Positions 38,311 to 52,900 of a stretch of 64,000 bases of DNA are shown here, piece after piece. The DNA comes from Balanoglossus misakiensis (taxonomy: Eukaryota; Animalia; Hemichordata), in contig CM082584.2 of assembly GCA_040954595.2 (NCBI GenBank), positions 13,385,337 to 13,449,336 on the forward strand, given 5' to 3'. The position numbers and the translations under genes were made by a program. The notes below the pieces were generated by a model. The model saw only the letters and a program-made list of their open reading frames with translations. It ran no database searches and was not told the DNA's origin. Position 1 is the stretch's first letter, and every line of letters starts with the position of its first letter.

Positions 38311-40997
38311 TATGTAGACAGTACATATACGTACCGAAGCTGGTTCGTTTCCATTGGCCATAGGTTGCGTAGTATTGTTAAAATCCTGTAAGCAATGGGT
38401 AAAAAACAGATAAGATTAATAATAATTTTTATTGGGAAAATGTGGCGCATTTTTATTTTTGCAGCAATTTCGTTAAAGAAAACTTGTAACGGTCGAAGCC
38501 TGGGTAGAGGGCGTTGGTCGGTTTAATTCGTGGTCCGGATATTTGTTAGTTTGCCTTGGGAAAGTAACCGGTTACCTATATTATATATGTTGCCAGTAGG
38601 AATAAAACTTTCACTGAAAAGAGTTTTCATCTGATGAAATATTATATATGGGGCTGACTATAGAACTGGACATATGAGCGCCTGTTTCCACACTTGTCAA
38701 CAGCTGTCAACACATTTAAGTAGCACAACATTGAAGACATTAATTCACCTGTTAGACCGTTCTCTATAAATTCGATCATATTAGTTTACAAGTCGTTCAT
38801 TGTTTTACTGGCGGGGGGTTTCATTCGCCAGAGGGGAGTAATCCGGAAAGATTTGAACTAATCTGTCGATAAATCAGTCCGCAGTGCGAATAGAATCACT
38901 ATGACTAATGGCTTTCTCTGCACGGACATCTGGTCGTTCAACTGACAAAATGGAGTGAAGACGTTGTTCTAACTGCTTTGTGCATCATTAATACGAGCTA
39001 GACACGAGTATGCATGGTTTTGAAAAAAAGGAAAAGGTACAGGTTAATTCTGCGAACGTTAAATTGGATGATTTGTTTTCATTACAAAAAGTAATACCAA
39101 CCAAGATTTCTCCAACAACAATGCCGCGGCTAATAGAAATGGAGAGTAATGTTTTGCCGGCGATTTTTCTTTTATTCGCGTGACTTGACAGAAATATCAA
39201 GCTGAATGGTTGAAGTAATCAGATCCCATTGAGGAAATCGCTTATTTTCATCGTCTCTCTGAAGCACTCTTCCAAATGAAATATGCCACTGATATGAAGG
39301 AGAGGACGAGTTCCGAACAGGTGCCAGACAGTCAGTCCTTCCCGCTGAAGGGCTTTGCAGTAGATGTGAAGAGTGTGCGTGGATCTTTCTTTTGTGAGTC
39401 AGTTAATTAAATATTTATCAGTTTGCTGTCGATGCCTATAAACCACTTGCGCACATTCATGGGGCCAACATTTCACTCATTAAATTTACATGGTCACAAA
39501 ACTGTCAATGCTAACCTGGTATGACAGATTATAACTAAAAATGACATTAATTTAAACCCCAAAATATGTACAAATATGTTTCTTCCCATGCTCGCCACAA
39601 ATTATTGACACTATATATCCGCACCACGTTTTAACCTTTCCGCATCAAGTCGAAGTTGATTTGTCACGACGCTTGACACCCCGATGGGCACTGTCATGTA
39701 CAATCAGCTGTTTCCAGTGCAATAGTCGAGCGAGCGGGTGACCTTCGAGTCATGTCTGATAAATCGCCAACATCAGATTGGAAATGACAGAAAATGTTCA
39801 AGGCTATCTGGTAATTCCCGTGCCGGATAATTACCTTTAGCATAATGTTTTTCTTTAGCAATGGGTTTAGCAAATTTGTTGCAGAAAAAATAACAAACTG
39901 AAAAAGTAAACGAATTCTATATTCTAACCACAAATACAGTACGGGAAGTTTAAGTTGGAGGAAATCATGAAATACAGGTAATATGACAATGTTTTCAAAC
40001 TTTTACTACAATGTGCATGTTGTTGGCCATTTTTCCCAAAATGCACTATATAATATGACCCCTTAGCATGAAGTAAAATCTAGTTAATGTAGCCAGAATT
40101 GCTGGAAGGTCGACGATGCAGCGCAGGTCTAACTCAATCAGAAGGATTGCCAATGCATTGATAATAGATTGCCATTAGGTTGCTAGTATGTAATGTACAG
40201 CCATAGCTCAGGCCATAGCGAGTACAAATTACCAGTAGGTTGTAAGTAATATTCAAAGATGGCGCAAATTGCCTTTATGTTTCCAGAAAGTAATATAATG
40301 GAACTTCATGACCTTTTCACGTGATGTGGTGTATTAGGCGGCAGTACTGTCCTGAACGCAGAGAGTGAACGTGCAACAGAGTTAACCGCACCAAGAGTGC
40401 AGTAGGAAAGTTAATAAAATAACATGTCCAAGTGTTCAATAATCACCAAATTTCGCTGATCGTAACATTCAGATATAATGTCCATCACGGTGTCTAATTT
40501 GCATATGTACTCGTGAAAATACCAACAATGATTAATTTAATGACCAAGCGACTAGATTACAACAGAATTGCACGAAATGTGGCTAGAGAACAGTATTGAT
40601 ACCAGTGAAATACCAGTGGGTTTTATTATGCCCGGATCAAGAATGTTATCGTCACTTCATATGCAATAATACCCGCAGAAATTTGCTAGTAGGCTTCTCA
40701 GTAAGAAACACTCGATCAGCAATCAGGAATGTGTTGTTGTAAAATTGCAAGAACGTTGCCAGTGGGCGCTGCTTGCTCCATCAACTCTCGGTGTCAGATA
40801 AGACCAAACGCATGAAGCGTGCGTGCGTCGTTTGCCAATAGGGATTGCTAAATTAGCATTCGGTGGCGGCGCAAATTTCTGTTTTTATTACTATCCCGGT
40901 TTAATGCTTTGCTTCCGGTTATCCACAAATAGAACAGATGTCCAGTGGGACCTAATCGTTCCTCTTTATGACCCTCGTTAGGCAACGCAGTGGACCC

Positions 40998-43900
40998 GTT
41001 ACCCTGGCAACGACGCAGAAGAGACGAGAGCAAGAATTATGTTATCTCAACTTTGATATAACTGTCCCTTGCGTGTACGCGAACCACTCGAGAGACACAG
41101 GGCAGAATTCTTTAATCGGAAATGACCCAAAGAAACTTTGCAATAATAACGAAAAAAAAAAACTACATGAACAGAGTTTATTTTGTTGGCTACAGGACTG
41201 ACTATGTCATATTAACATTTTTCAGGTATTGTGGCGAAATTTTGAATCTGTTGGAATTGGTCGTATAATGCGAATTTTATATCAATTATTGTCCATGTAC
41301 TATATCATACGGAATCGATTAATATCTAGAATTTACCCTTAATAGGCCCGCCATTTTGACTATTACTTTGAACAGATAAATATTAATACTATTTTTCTCA
41401 TAGAAGGATGTTCACATTCGGAACATTCAGCTGACAATTTGAAATGTGTACAAGCTACTTACACGTCTCTTAGTTCGCGAGAAGAAAACAATTATGCTGA
41501 CAAATGCTTTAAGAAAATAATGAAATTTATATCGTGTGTGTAACGCTCAGTTAACATCTTTGAACATGTGCTTCTTGAAGAAATGGTGGATATATTTTGA
41601 ACTCCCCATTTCAGGCCCCATTCTTGTGTAGGAAGTGAAACTACTACACTCACGACACAGGGTCTTTCATTATCAGAAACTGTCCAAATATCCCAGAATC
41701 GGTTTTTCGTTTGTAGGCCCGAATTAATGAGAAACACACATGGAGATTTCGGGGGTGGGGTATTTTAAATTAGCACGTAATTGAGCAAATTAATTCATTT
41801 TTCTATAAAAATTATTGTGCTCCGATAAACCGATTATGGTCGGTGTGTCTTGTAATATATGATAATTAGGTTTTTCAATGGCCTGCATATTTCCGTCCCT
41901 TAATTTCTCCGAGGTATGTAAAATTTCATTAAGTAGATTGCAGTATATGTGTGCCATCCGTAGTGATAATCATGTTTCATTCATCCTCCTCTCTACTACA
42001 CACATTCTGTACGTCCCACATGAAAAATATGACAACACGCTCATGTATAGGATTAATACAAAACAATGAAGTATAAAAGAAACTAAAAACATATATTTAC
42101 CATGTTCTGGGTCCAGCTAAGAGTGTTATACGATGGAGATGTAGCCGCATCGTAATGGGGCGCCATAACCCTCTCAAAGATGGGTGGGCGTGTACCGAGT
42201 CAATGGAACTGTAGCCACGGGCCAAACACTTTCAAAGATACGCTTCAATTATCAAGTCTCCCCAACCTTGCAAAAGGCCCTCTAGTTCACCCACAAATGC
42301 AAAACGGACGGGCGTGAGACAAACGCTAAGATTTAATATAATAATAACTATGCTATGAAAATGGCAACGTCTTTAAGTAATTCGGTGCGAGCAGACAGCA
42401 CGTAATTTTGGCGTCAAAATTTTCCACGTAGACGCACAAATGACCTCCTTGAACCAGATTCTATCTCTGAGCATCGCCATGGCAACCAGACGGCTTTCGT
42501 GTTCATTAATTTCTATGGCGCGATGGTGTCATGAACGTTTCGTGGCTGACGTCATACACATACGTACAGTGCGGTCTCTTACACTGCCCATGACCCGTTA
42601 TTACACGATGACATTATAATTTGTAGGAGCTACATGTCCGTTTGGTGTCCCGCGAGGTTCAACGAGATTATCTTTTCTTATCCAGCCGTAATGGCGTTTT
42701 TACAATTTATATCGCTGACATCTGTGATGATTGATGCATTTCGGTCGTTTATGACGCTAATCTCTATGCTTGCTACAGGCAATTGACTTCCTTTGAGGCG
42801 CACCAAGTCCTCACGAGCAAACTATATTTTATTTAGACCAAAGCTTTCGTTAATGCAGAGTTCCTCAAATTTCCTCAAACCATCCATCCACCCATCTTAT
42901 TAGTCTCTCGATTCACCTGGCCCATTGGAGTGGTTTCCATAGAAACGTATTAACACCACAACGGAACATAAAAATAAACTGATGCAAGGGTACCTCCAAT
43001 TTATGCATTTTATCACGGGCTACCCACTTACATTTAATTAGGGTAAAATCTGAAATCTGCTAAAGTAAATCCTGATGTCCTCCCAAACTTGCCACAAAAT
43101 GTATTACTGTTAGAACGTTATGAATGATTTCTTCCACGTTACGTACTCGACCAACGAAAGAATCTTCAAATGTGAAACATTGGTGGCGTCATATTCAAAT
43201 CTGGCAACTATGTTTGAATGTCAATGTAATGTTTATCTTACAATCCACTCACCTCATTGCAAAGTAATCGCAAACAACGTTGTCAAAATATCCATCTTGT
43301 AAACATTTGATTGGTTAGGAGTTAACACGGGAAATGGATATGGGTCCATGGCTGGTGTACAAAGATTGGCAGCATCACATATTATCCTTCCTGATGGCAA
43401 TTGGAATATCACACTCTTCCCTTTTTATTATATGTCTTATATCCGATATGTCATGTTTACCTGAAAGACAAAAATAGTGGGAAAACTGAGCGAAGTTACA
43501 TGTGAAATAACAAGCTTAGACCGAAAATGATTCAAATCCTAATGATTTGCCCTTTGCCTAATCGACGTCCTCACATCATTGTGTTGCCATAGTTACCAAA
43601 GGGCGCGAGAGACAGTACACGTTAATCGTTCCTCGACTTAGCTTCGAATCGTATATAGTATTGATAAAGCTGTAATATAATATATGATCCCGAGTACTGC
43701 GATTGTAACACGGCGCAGCGAATATCAGCGATTATCAAAATGGGACTTCTGGTGTACGATTCCACTCAAACCGATTTTTCTGCTGATAATGTCTTTATGT
43801 ATTATTTACTATCGCCATTCGCGAGCTTATCTCTTAAATGACTTTCTCTATTTGATAGAAACGTGATTCACCTACATTTGCACATCGAAACACTTGAGGT

Positions 43901-46900
43901 ACCAACAACCGAGAAGTACGATGTGTGAGGCTGAACAAACATTACTTTAGAACCCCGTGGTCTGCGTCTTTTCATGTTATCTTTATGATTTTAGTTTCAC
44001 GTTATGCATTCTTATTGATCTCACTCAGAGACGTGTGTCTGTTTGTTCTTACACTAGTGCAAGAAAGATGAGTGTGAACTTTAGTGTAGAAATAATATCT
44101 TGAGATGACCTCCTTAATATAGCACCTATACTCAGACTTTAAAGTTTCACATACAAAATTTGATATTGTAGTGATCCCCAGTAAAATTAATCAAAAAATT
44201 AATAAAGTTAACCGACCCTTGTAGTTGTTCAACAATGCAGCATTAACGGTTATTTTACGAAGCAATTTTGTAATAGCATGTAGAGATATGGGATCGTTAA
44301 AATAGCAGTAATTTCAATTGAATTTCCTTTCTCTTCAGTTTTCTGCTGGGTGGTCATGCCATCATCAAATTTGAAGCATATATTGGTTTAAGCTTCGATT
44401 TAAGGAGAGTGGGGGTAAAATCCTATAAAATGAAAAAAATGTTATCAGATGACCTGGAAATTTTAATACAATATTACAATTGTTCTGTCTGTTACTTTCT
44501 TCGCTTGTCCCTGTGTATCTGTCTGTCGTCTGGCTTTCTAGCCAGTCTGCACTCACAGTTTATAGCGCATAAACATTGTGTACAGCGGTCATAGCGTATG
44601 CGTTTAATATTTCATGCGGGACTCGCAAGGTTCTGTGAAAAGGAAATCACTCATCTTAGAACGCATCCTGGAGGGTAATATATGGTACGTAGTTTGTCCC
44701 AGCGAGATCATCAACAATGTATTCAAATATTGCATTGCTTCCAACAATAGATGGGCATACAATTTTGAACAGAAAGATCGCAAGGAAGATAAACCGAGTA
44801 ATGGTAAAATTTTACCGCTAATGCACCTATGTATCCCACTTCAATCAACAAATCTGCACCGTTGCCATAGTAATAAGAGTACAAATGTCGCGGAAGATAT
44901 ATGTAGTTTTTTATGTTCCTAAGTCTCATCAGGCTGCTATGTACATTGCGTGTTTGTGGGGGGGGGGTGTTTATGTGTGTGTGTGCGAGTGAGTAAATGG
45001 ATGGATGGATGGACAGAAAAATAACCAAAATGAAATCATAAGCCAACGGGATCAAATATTTCAATCAAGTAATTGTAATTAAAATCGTTTCAACACGTGA
45101 ATACAGGGCAGGTGTTTACATTATTAAGAGCTTTTCAACAGAAGCCCATATGCTGTGTATACGCATTGATTACAGCGTTCAGTTTGTCAAACATAGGGCA
45201 ACATCTTATCGACCAATTCGTGAGCTACAACGCAAATTATCTGGAAAATTTAAACATGAAAACACGCGCCTGGAAAAACCGCCTGGTCAAACTTAAACAC
45301 GACTTGCTTCATTGGTTTAAGTTGTCATGGAAATTAATTAACAAATATGACTTTATGCACTAGTAACCTTTTGCGTTATTTGTCGACATAAAACGTAGTA
45401 AGCTTAAACGCAATCAAAGAAAGTTTAAAAAGCCATTGAAATTATTTGATTGATAATTCGCTGACTACCGTATGTTTGATGATCTTAACCTATTGCCTTG
45501 TGTCACAAATGAAGCCGGCAATCTGATAATATTTTCTGATCTTGCCTAATTAGGTTAGTGGCTTTGAGAGCTAGCATAGTTTACTCCGAACAGGGAGAGA
45601 AAGACAACATGCACAAAATTGCACACCGCAGGGCTCCATTGAATGACACCGTGGGACCATTAACCAAAGTGATTTACTTGTGACCGTGTAGTCCGTACAC
45701 GGCAGGTGTCTTTCCTCGGGAAATAAGCCGCTTTGGCAAGAAAGACAAAACGAGACACGCGCCAAGCTTCACACATTACATGATGCATGGCGTGACCAGA
45801 TGGTGCACACGACCCGGCGCGGCGTCTGACTGTTCTTGCGACATTTGCTGAATAAACCGAGATGTAGAGTGGAACACACAACACTTGTCGGGCTTCGTGT
45901 GGCTTTTTATGGTTCTCATGGTGTTAGGTGTGGCCTCAAGACTAGGATTGCCATGGCAATGGCATTCCCCGAGTTGCCGTAAATTGCGTTTACGACTTCA
46001 CATTACCCGTGACGTCATGCTTTCTTCAGAACATCATTCACAATGCTTAAAGAGATTTCTGACCCACTTGGATAATATATTTGGAAACGAGTACGTCTTC
46101 GACTTCCTTCAAATGTCACGACCATGTCAGGCATAGTCGACAAAGAAAATCAAACCTTTTAATGAAACTGTTGACTGTCGCTGTAAATTATGTGAAGGCA
46201 TATCACTACAATCTTTCAAAGTGCCGTTAAAAGTGCAGACATCAAATGTCTAGGGTTCATGTATTCGAGGCATTCCAAATGAAAGTGGCGGTTACCGTGT
46301 TCGAATAACAGTTTTCATTATATTGCAAATGAACACAGACTTTTGAATCACTTGTGGTTTATCGTTTCAAAATGTCAATTTTAAGTCACCTAGGAAAATT
46401 ATATGTTTTAGTTTTGTCGTTTTCGCCAGAAATGCAGAGCACGTTTGTGTTCAATCCTATAAAACATAAAATGTCTTGCTACTGTCAATTTTGTCATATT
46501 TTGAAATATTTTTTCTATACTGTCTAAAATCTGGTATTATTCGAAAAACACTATGTGTTTAATGTTCGCACGGTATAGAAAATCATGTTTTCGCTTTGGG
46601 TGTGTTGGGGCGTGTGCACGGCCTAGCTATTACATCTGTCATATGAGAGAAAACTTGAGATTTGTGCGAATTCATCAGGCATAGTGTTATCTTGATCGTG
46701 TGTGTATATCATTACATCTGTTAATTTGCCTGCAGTTATTAACTCTAGTGAATAAGCCACTTTTGCTTTACCCTTGATGAAAAAATTAAATATTGATAAC
46801 AAGTTTTTGAGGAGGAACAGACGTATCTTTGTCTTTTGGGTTCTCAAAACCCCCGTGACGCAGTTCTGTGCATGGGTCGATCCATCTCTGTTTTCGCAAA

Positions 46901-49900
46901 GATCCAAACAAAATGGCGACTGGGATGGGGATACACGATTTAAAACGGTATTTCTAGATGGGTTGTCGATAGTCTTGGGGGTTTTCTGTCCTCGACTACT
47001 CTGATTACGTGAGTAATAAATAAAATTCATTATTTCATTTAAATAATTATTATTCATTGGGCAGACCAGACAGAGTTTTATGATCACCGGTTTATTAGAA
47101 ATTCAAATTAACTACCGAAAAATATATTATCACGATAGCTATCCCTCTACTTCAGTCTCGTATACGTGTTACGAAAGTGATACATTAGAACAGTGTGTAT
47201 AATGGGATAATTAAACCGAATAATACCAGTTATTTCCATTGACAATTGCAAATATTAAATCAGTAATTGGAAAGGCCTTGAAAATGCATTATCTCCGATG
47301 ATTAGTGTGTTATTGCCATAGGGGACAACGCCAACACTGTGTCCATCCACAATTCAAGAAAATAACTTCTGACTGGATAGAGCATAAAGCATATATTGCA
47401 AAACAGGGGAAAATCTACGTGGCTGTGAAACTAGCAGTTCGGCTCTCAGATAATGACAAGAATGGAGTTTATAATATAACCAAAAGCTGCTTCAGCAGTA
47501 ACAGTAACTATGGCAACTTAGTGACGTCGTCAAGATCTTTCAGTGGCAATGGCATTGACTTTCACGTGAAGGGATAGCATATGGAGTCGACGTATCACGC
47601 ATAACAGCCTTAGTGGCAATAACATTCACTTATAAGTGTTCTAATCCAAAAAATATGGCTGATTTATATTCATTTTGTGATAAATTAATTATTTATATTT
47701 GTTCGTAATTCACAAATTGAGAGAAAGACAGTCTGTTTCTGGAAATGTGATCTTAGGTACTACAGTATAATCTTAAAGTGCGTGCTGAGTGTATTTCTGT
47801 ACTGTCAATTTCACAAAACACGTTTCCAAAAATGTCTGGCGTTTTGATCAGTAAAGTTCCTTTTTGCGGCAGCAATCCATAGACGACTGAAGGCCCACTA
47901 ACGAACACATTGATGTTATTTTCGCTCGGATTCGCCTTGTTGCAGCTGTGGGTTATCACGTACTTGCATTTGTTCCACTCGACCTGCCGTTCAAAAGCCC
48001 GGGTCTGTGTTGATACGCCAGCCGCAAAAAAAACGCCTTGTATTCGCAGCATTACTTGCTCGTTGTATGCTTGTTAAAAAAATAAGATTGTTGCCTATTG
48101 CGCTAGCGTACCTCCAACCTCCAATCAGACTCATTTGGCATTCGTCGAGTAGATCCAAACGTCAGTAGCATATGGCACAGCTGATTAGAGCTTGCCTGCT
48201 TCAACAAAGCTAACAAACATAATCCGAAGTCATTTCCCTCACTCGGCTTCTTTCAGGACAAATTATTCTGATACATGTAATGCCACGACGAAAATTGTAC
48301 TAATGTGGCTAGCTCGGCAGGATTACTGCAATGTATAAAGTGTTGTTTCGTTAATTGGTCAGTTGGTTTTGTCAAATTTGTCGTTCTTACTGAAGATTTT
48401 ACAAATCCAAATAATTTTAAGAATACCATGGTGTCGTGCAATACTACCTAAACAAATTAGAACAGAACTTTTTTTGCCATTTTTGTTGACATGGGCACAC
48501 TTCAAACCGGAAATAAATTCAATTTTGGGCTAAAGAAGTCAGCGAACAAAACACTAATTTAGTAACATAGTCTAGCTTTGCCACAGGCGGCGCCCTGACT
48601 ATATGGAAAGTAGACATGTTTGGATCAAAGCATAACTTTATCCACATAAACCACACTTTAACACTGTTCTAACGGGTACATTATGTAACTGTTGATATAA
48701 TACGCAGTTAACTGCATCATGTATCATCGATTTTTTTAGAAACAATGAGACGTTACCGCCAAGTCCTTAGATGTTTTCAAAATGGCTGACACTAATTGTT
48801 TATTCATAACCGCGGGGTCAAGCCACGACATCAGATGACGTCATCCAGAGGAATAACATATATTTTCTTTGATCAAAGCTTTAGGATGATTACTTGAGAA
48901 ATGTATCAGATTTCACCAATTGTGTCTGTCATGTTCACTATTATTTTGTGTACCGGACATGTTTTTATATACACTGTTTGTACAAGTATATTTAGAATAC
49001 CCATCCACAGTGAGTGAGACACACCACTCAACTCATCAAGAGACACTAGTGTTGATTCAATCACTAATTCTCGGCTTCCAAGTCGTCCATCTTACTTTAA
49101 AAAGCACTAAATCTTGATGGACAAAAATTGCAGTGGCTTTCTACCTATACTGCTATCCTTCCTCTAACAGTATTGGCAGGAAATCACTTGAGTCTCTCAG
49201 GTCGCCGACAATATGCAGGGACTGTCGACTTCGACAATTAAAGGCGTTTAAACTCTATAATTTTCTGCATATTATGCGAGCTAGTAAATCGATATTTTGT
49301 GTAAATTCGATTGCAATTTCTTGAATAGGTTTTAAATTGCCCACCATCAAGTGTAAGTGCTAATGTTAAACAGGTCGATATTGTACATGTTCCCTATAAT
49401 ATTAATGATCCACGCGCTGCAAAACTGCTAGTTATTGTGTTTGTGACATAGATAAGACAGTGAGTGAAGGCAACTGAATGGGGGGGGGGGGCAAACTGTG
49501 GGAGAGACGCCCTAACGATGGTAAGAATAAATATTGTAAGGATGCATACATGCATACAGACTTTTCAGTGCTAGTAGTATCATTGAGTTCAACAGTTGTT
49601 TTGGTCGGCGGATCATAGACGCAGGGATAACACTCAATAGATTTATCAAATTTAGGGTCATAGAACTGATATGTGCAACGCGTACAATTGGCGAGTATAC
49701 GTTTGCAAGGGTGTAAATGTTATTTGAATTAGACCAAAACAGCACGAATTTCATGAAATAATTTAGAATAATATTATAACAAGTGTGGAAGATTCTCCTT
49801 TAGTTAGTTTACGGTAATAAGTACTGAAACCTTAAAGGTGAGTCACGAGTGATATTAAACATATATTTACATCCATTAGTCAAGGAGTCAAAATAATTAC

Positions 49901-52900
49901 AAAGGAAATATTCCATAATACGCTTTTACCGATGTTCTCGCGCGACCTTTAGTCTTCACGGGATAAGTAATACGTGCATAAATTTTGCATGAGTGGCCGA
50001 ACAGGCGATTAGCTGAAATAAATTGACTATTGTGGTCTACACTAATTGTCAGACAATAAATGTTCCACAAATGAAAACGGCGACAGAGTAGGGAAAGATA
50101 GTGCAAATTGTAAATCCTAAGGTGACATGACAATGATGCTTTGATATCCAAAACGTGACACTGTTAGCGTGCAACAAGCTATTTGATAATCGGCGTTCGA
50201 GCTTACCTGTAGCGTTGCGGAGTTTTAAAATGGACTAAGCCCGCCGGTTGGACATGACTGCTCTGTTTCTTAAAACGAAACGATCACCGTATCCGCACAG
50301 CTTTATGTCTTTATTCACTGGAGATGCTCAGGAATTAACCTATCGAATCAAAAATGTCTGGTGCACCTGTTCGTTCCGGGTCTTGTCTACTGACGAAGAG
50401 AAAAGGTCGATACGGCAGTTGTGTTTCTCGAGGGCAGCTGATTTTAAGAGTCCGATCACGCTACGTTTTTACCTTGTCATCCTTGACTAATCATCGTCTC
50501 GTGTACAACTCTTAGCAGACTACGATGAACGAAAACTGCACAATTCCCACTGACACTGCTGACATCACGCGCTAGGAACATTAATATTCACTATCGTTTC
50601 TCATTTTAGGGAAAATGCTTTTATCACCTTATATTTCCTACCTCATTTCCTAGAGGAGAAACCATTCTCGTCGAAGGTAGGACCGTCGCGATTAAAACGC
50701 TTGAATCGAAACACGCAGGTGCCATGTATGTCTGTGTTAGCTGACATTCGACCAATCAGAGTGCTACGATTGTCACTTGTGCACACAGAGAGAACCGCAC
50801 ACTATATAATTGAAGTTTGCGCTTGCGCTTCGTCACACTGTTTTGTGAGTGTTGACAATGCAATCACCATGGGCCTGTTTATCGTGCATATTAATAAAAC
50901 CCGTGTCCATATAAGGTTGTGTAGTCGGTTTCCGAGTTATCACGAAGCTTAACCGAAGAATACCTGACGTCATGAGAGTATCGTATTTTGATAAGCTTTA
51001 TGACGTTCACCTCGACTCGCTCGTAGCTTTTCTCCGAGGCGACCCAGATAAGGACGTTAAAAAACATGACGTCTTGCTCGCTTGTTATTGTTATAAGTAC
51101 CGGCATTGTGTCTGATCGTTATAAAAATTAAGTGATGAAAGTAGAGCGGTAGCAGTGTAGGCCTACAACAATAATTCGAGGAAGGTATCGATGGATTCAG
51201 CGAAAACATACATCCATAATATCGACATGGATACGAGTTTGTAATATACAGATAACAATAATGATCCCTTGGAAAATTGACGAATGAATTTGTTTAACAG
51301 TTAGTGTTGAGGGGAAAAGACGTTATCACATAAACTGCTAGGTTCTAAATATGAATTAACTTTCATTTTCCGCAACCCGACTTAACATCCACAATTTCAT
51401 ATTCTGTAAGAAGGAATATTGCTTTTTGGATAAGATTATACTGGATCAATAGTGGATTTCGTTGCCCCATGTATCATTCAACAAGCCTGAGAACAATGGA
51501 ACATATGAAATGCCTGAGGGCGTAGTGTCTTCATTTATTCATATTTGAGTTAATTGTAAACCAGTTCACATGGCGATGACCTAAATGCCAGAAATTTAGG
51601 ATTTGATAAAAGACAGGTAGTTCAGAAGCTATGTAAGCAAGGCCTGGTCGTCTGTCGTCGACAATTACATCTATGTGTCGCCACTAACCATCTGCCCGCA
51701 TGTCTGTGTGTCTATCTATGTGAGGTGTAGGTATGAATATATGTGTGTGTCGTTCAGCAAACATAGGAATAGCCAAATTACACAAATTGCAATCTCAAGT
51801 GTGCACATACGGAGTTTCATTGCAGGCATCTTAAATGCGTGGGCTTCATCGCCTGAAGCGCAGAGCATCAAGGGTGTCGAATTGAATTCCGACAGTATTG
51901 AAAGATACCACGTGCTTTTGGTTATCCTGTCTATAATCCACCATCTTGCCTGAAGCATCTATATAATTATACCTACAAGATAAGCCTGTGTGTAATAACG
52001 CCACGGAGATGTTTCTCTATACACGTTGCAACATCCGGGTGCTTTAGTTTAGGGACACTTTCGGTGAAATACTATTATAATTAGGTGCCATCACGTGTAT
52101 ATTGTAATACTCATTGAGCACGAAATAACGATAAATTTGGAGAAAGTGTAAAAGCAGCCATGATTTTAAATTTTCAATCGAATACAGGATGTAACAAGTA
52201 ATCATGACGTATGCATGTTTATTATGCCAATATGGCGACAAAAATATCCATTTGAGAAAAAGAAATTAATGTAAACATGAACACAGGGAACAGCGACCTT
52301 TCTTTTGGCTGCATTTTGATAAAAGGTCGCCGCCGGAACTACCTGCCTTGCACAGCCTGAGTAAGAAAGGGAATATAATGAATGTCGAACGATCTTGCTG
52401 GGACCTCTCCCGTGCTAGCAACACAGAGGCAGTTGTCATGGCAACTTCTTTCAGCCGCTAAAACTAAACGGCCCAACCCCAAGTATAAACGTCAAGCACT
52501 GTAGACTTGCTTCAATATTGTTGTGTATGTTCTGGCAGGGGTTTCAGTCATCTCAGTTCAGCTTCCGTTTTGTAAATGTCATGTTTACCTTGGCATTTTC
52601 AACATGTTGATCGCATACAGTGCAGGCCTGCGAGTTAGTCTATTGATTCACCATTGAACAGGCATGTGTAAATTTTACCCACAATGATCCTAGATAAATA
52701 TCAAGAAGCTATTAAAACCAAAGGAAATGGAAACGTCTTTGGCAGTGGCTTCAGTGGCCTTTATGCTGAGTGTGAGTGACGTAAAGATCGCCCTTGTTGT
52801 TGGTCACTACTGTCAGATTGCACGGCTGCATTGACCTTGCATCAGGCGTGACTTGACAGACAATGTTTAAATGCGTCATATCTGGACATCTTAAAACAGC

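Noticed and set aside
46623-47087. 154-aa minus-strand ORF and other 60-120-aa ORFs in the 33-63 kb interval
   Set aside because: No domain motifs, low-complexity AT-rich composition, and no chain of phase-compatible exons.
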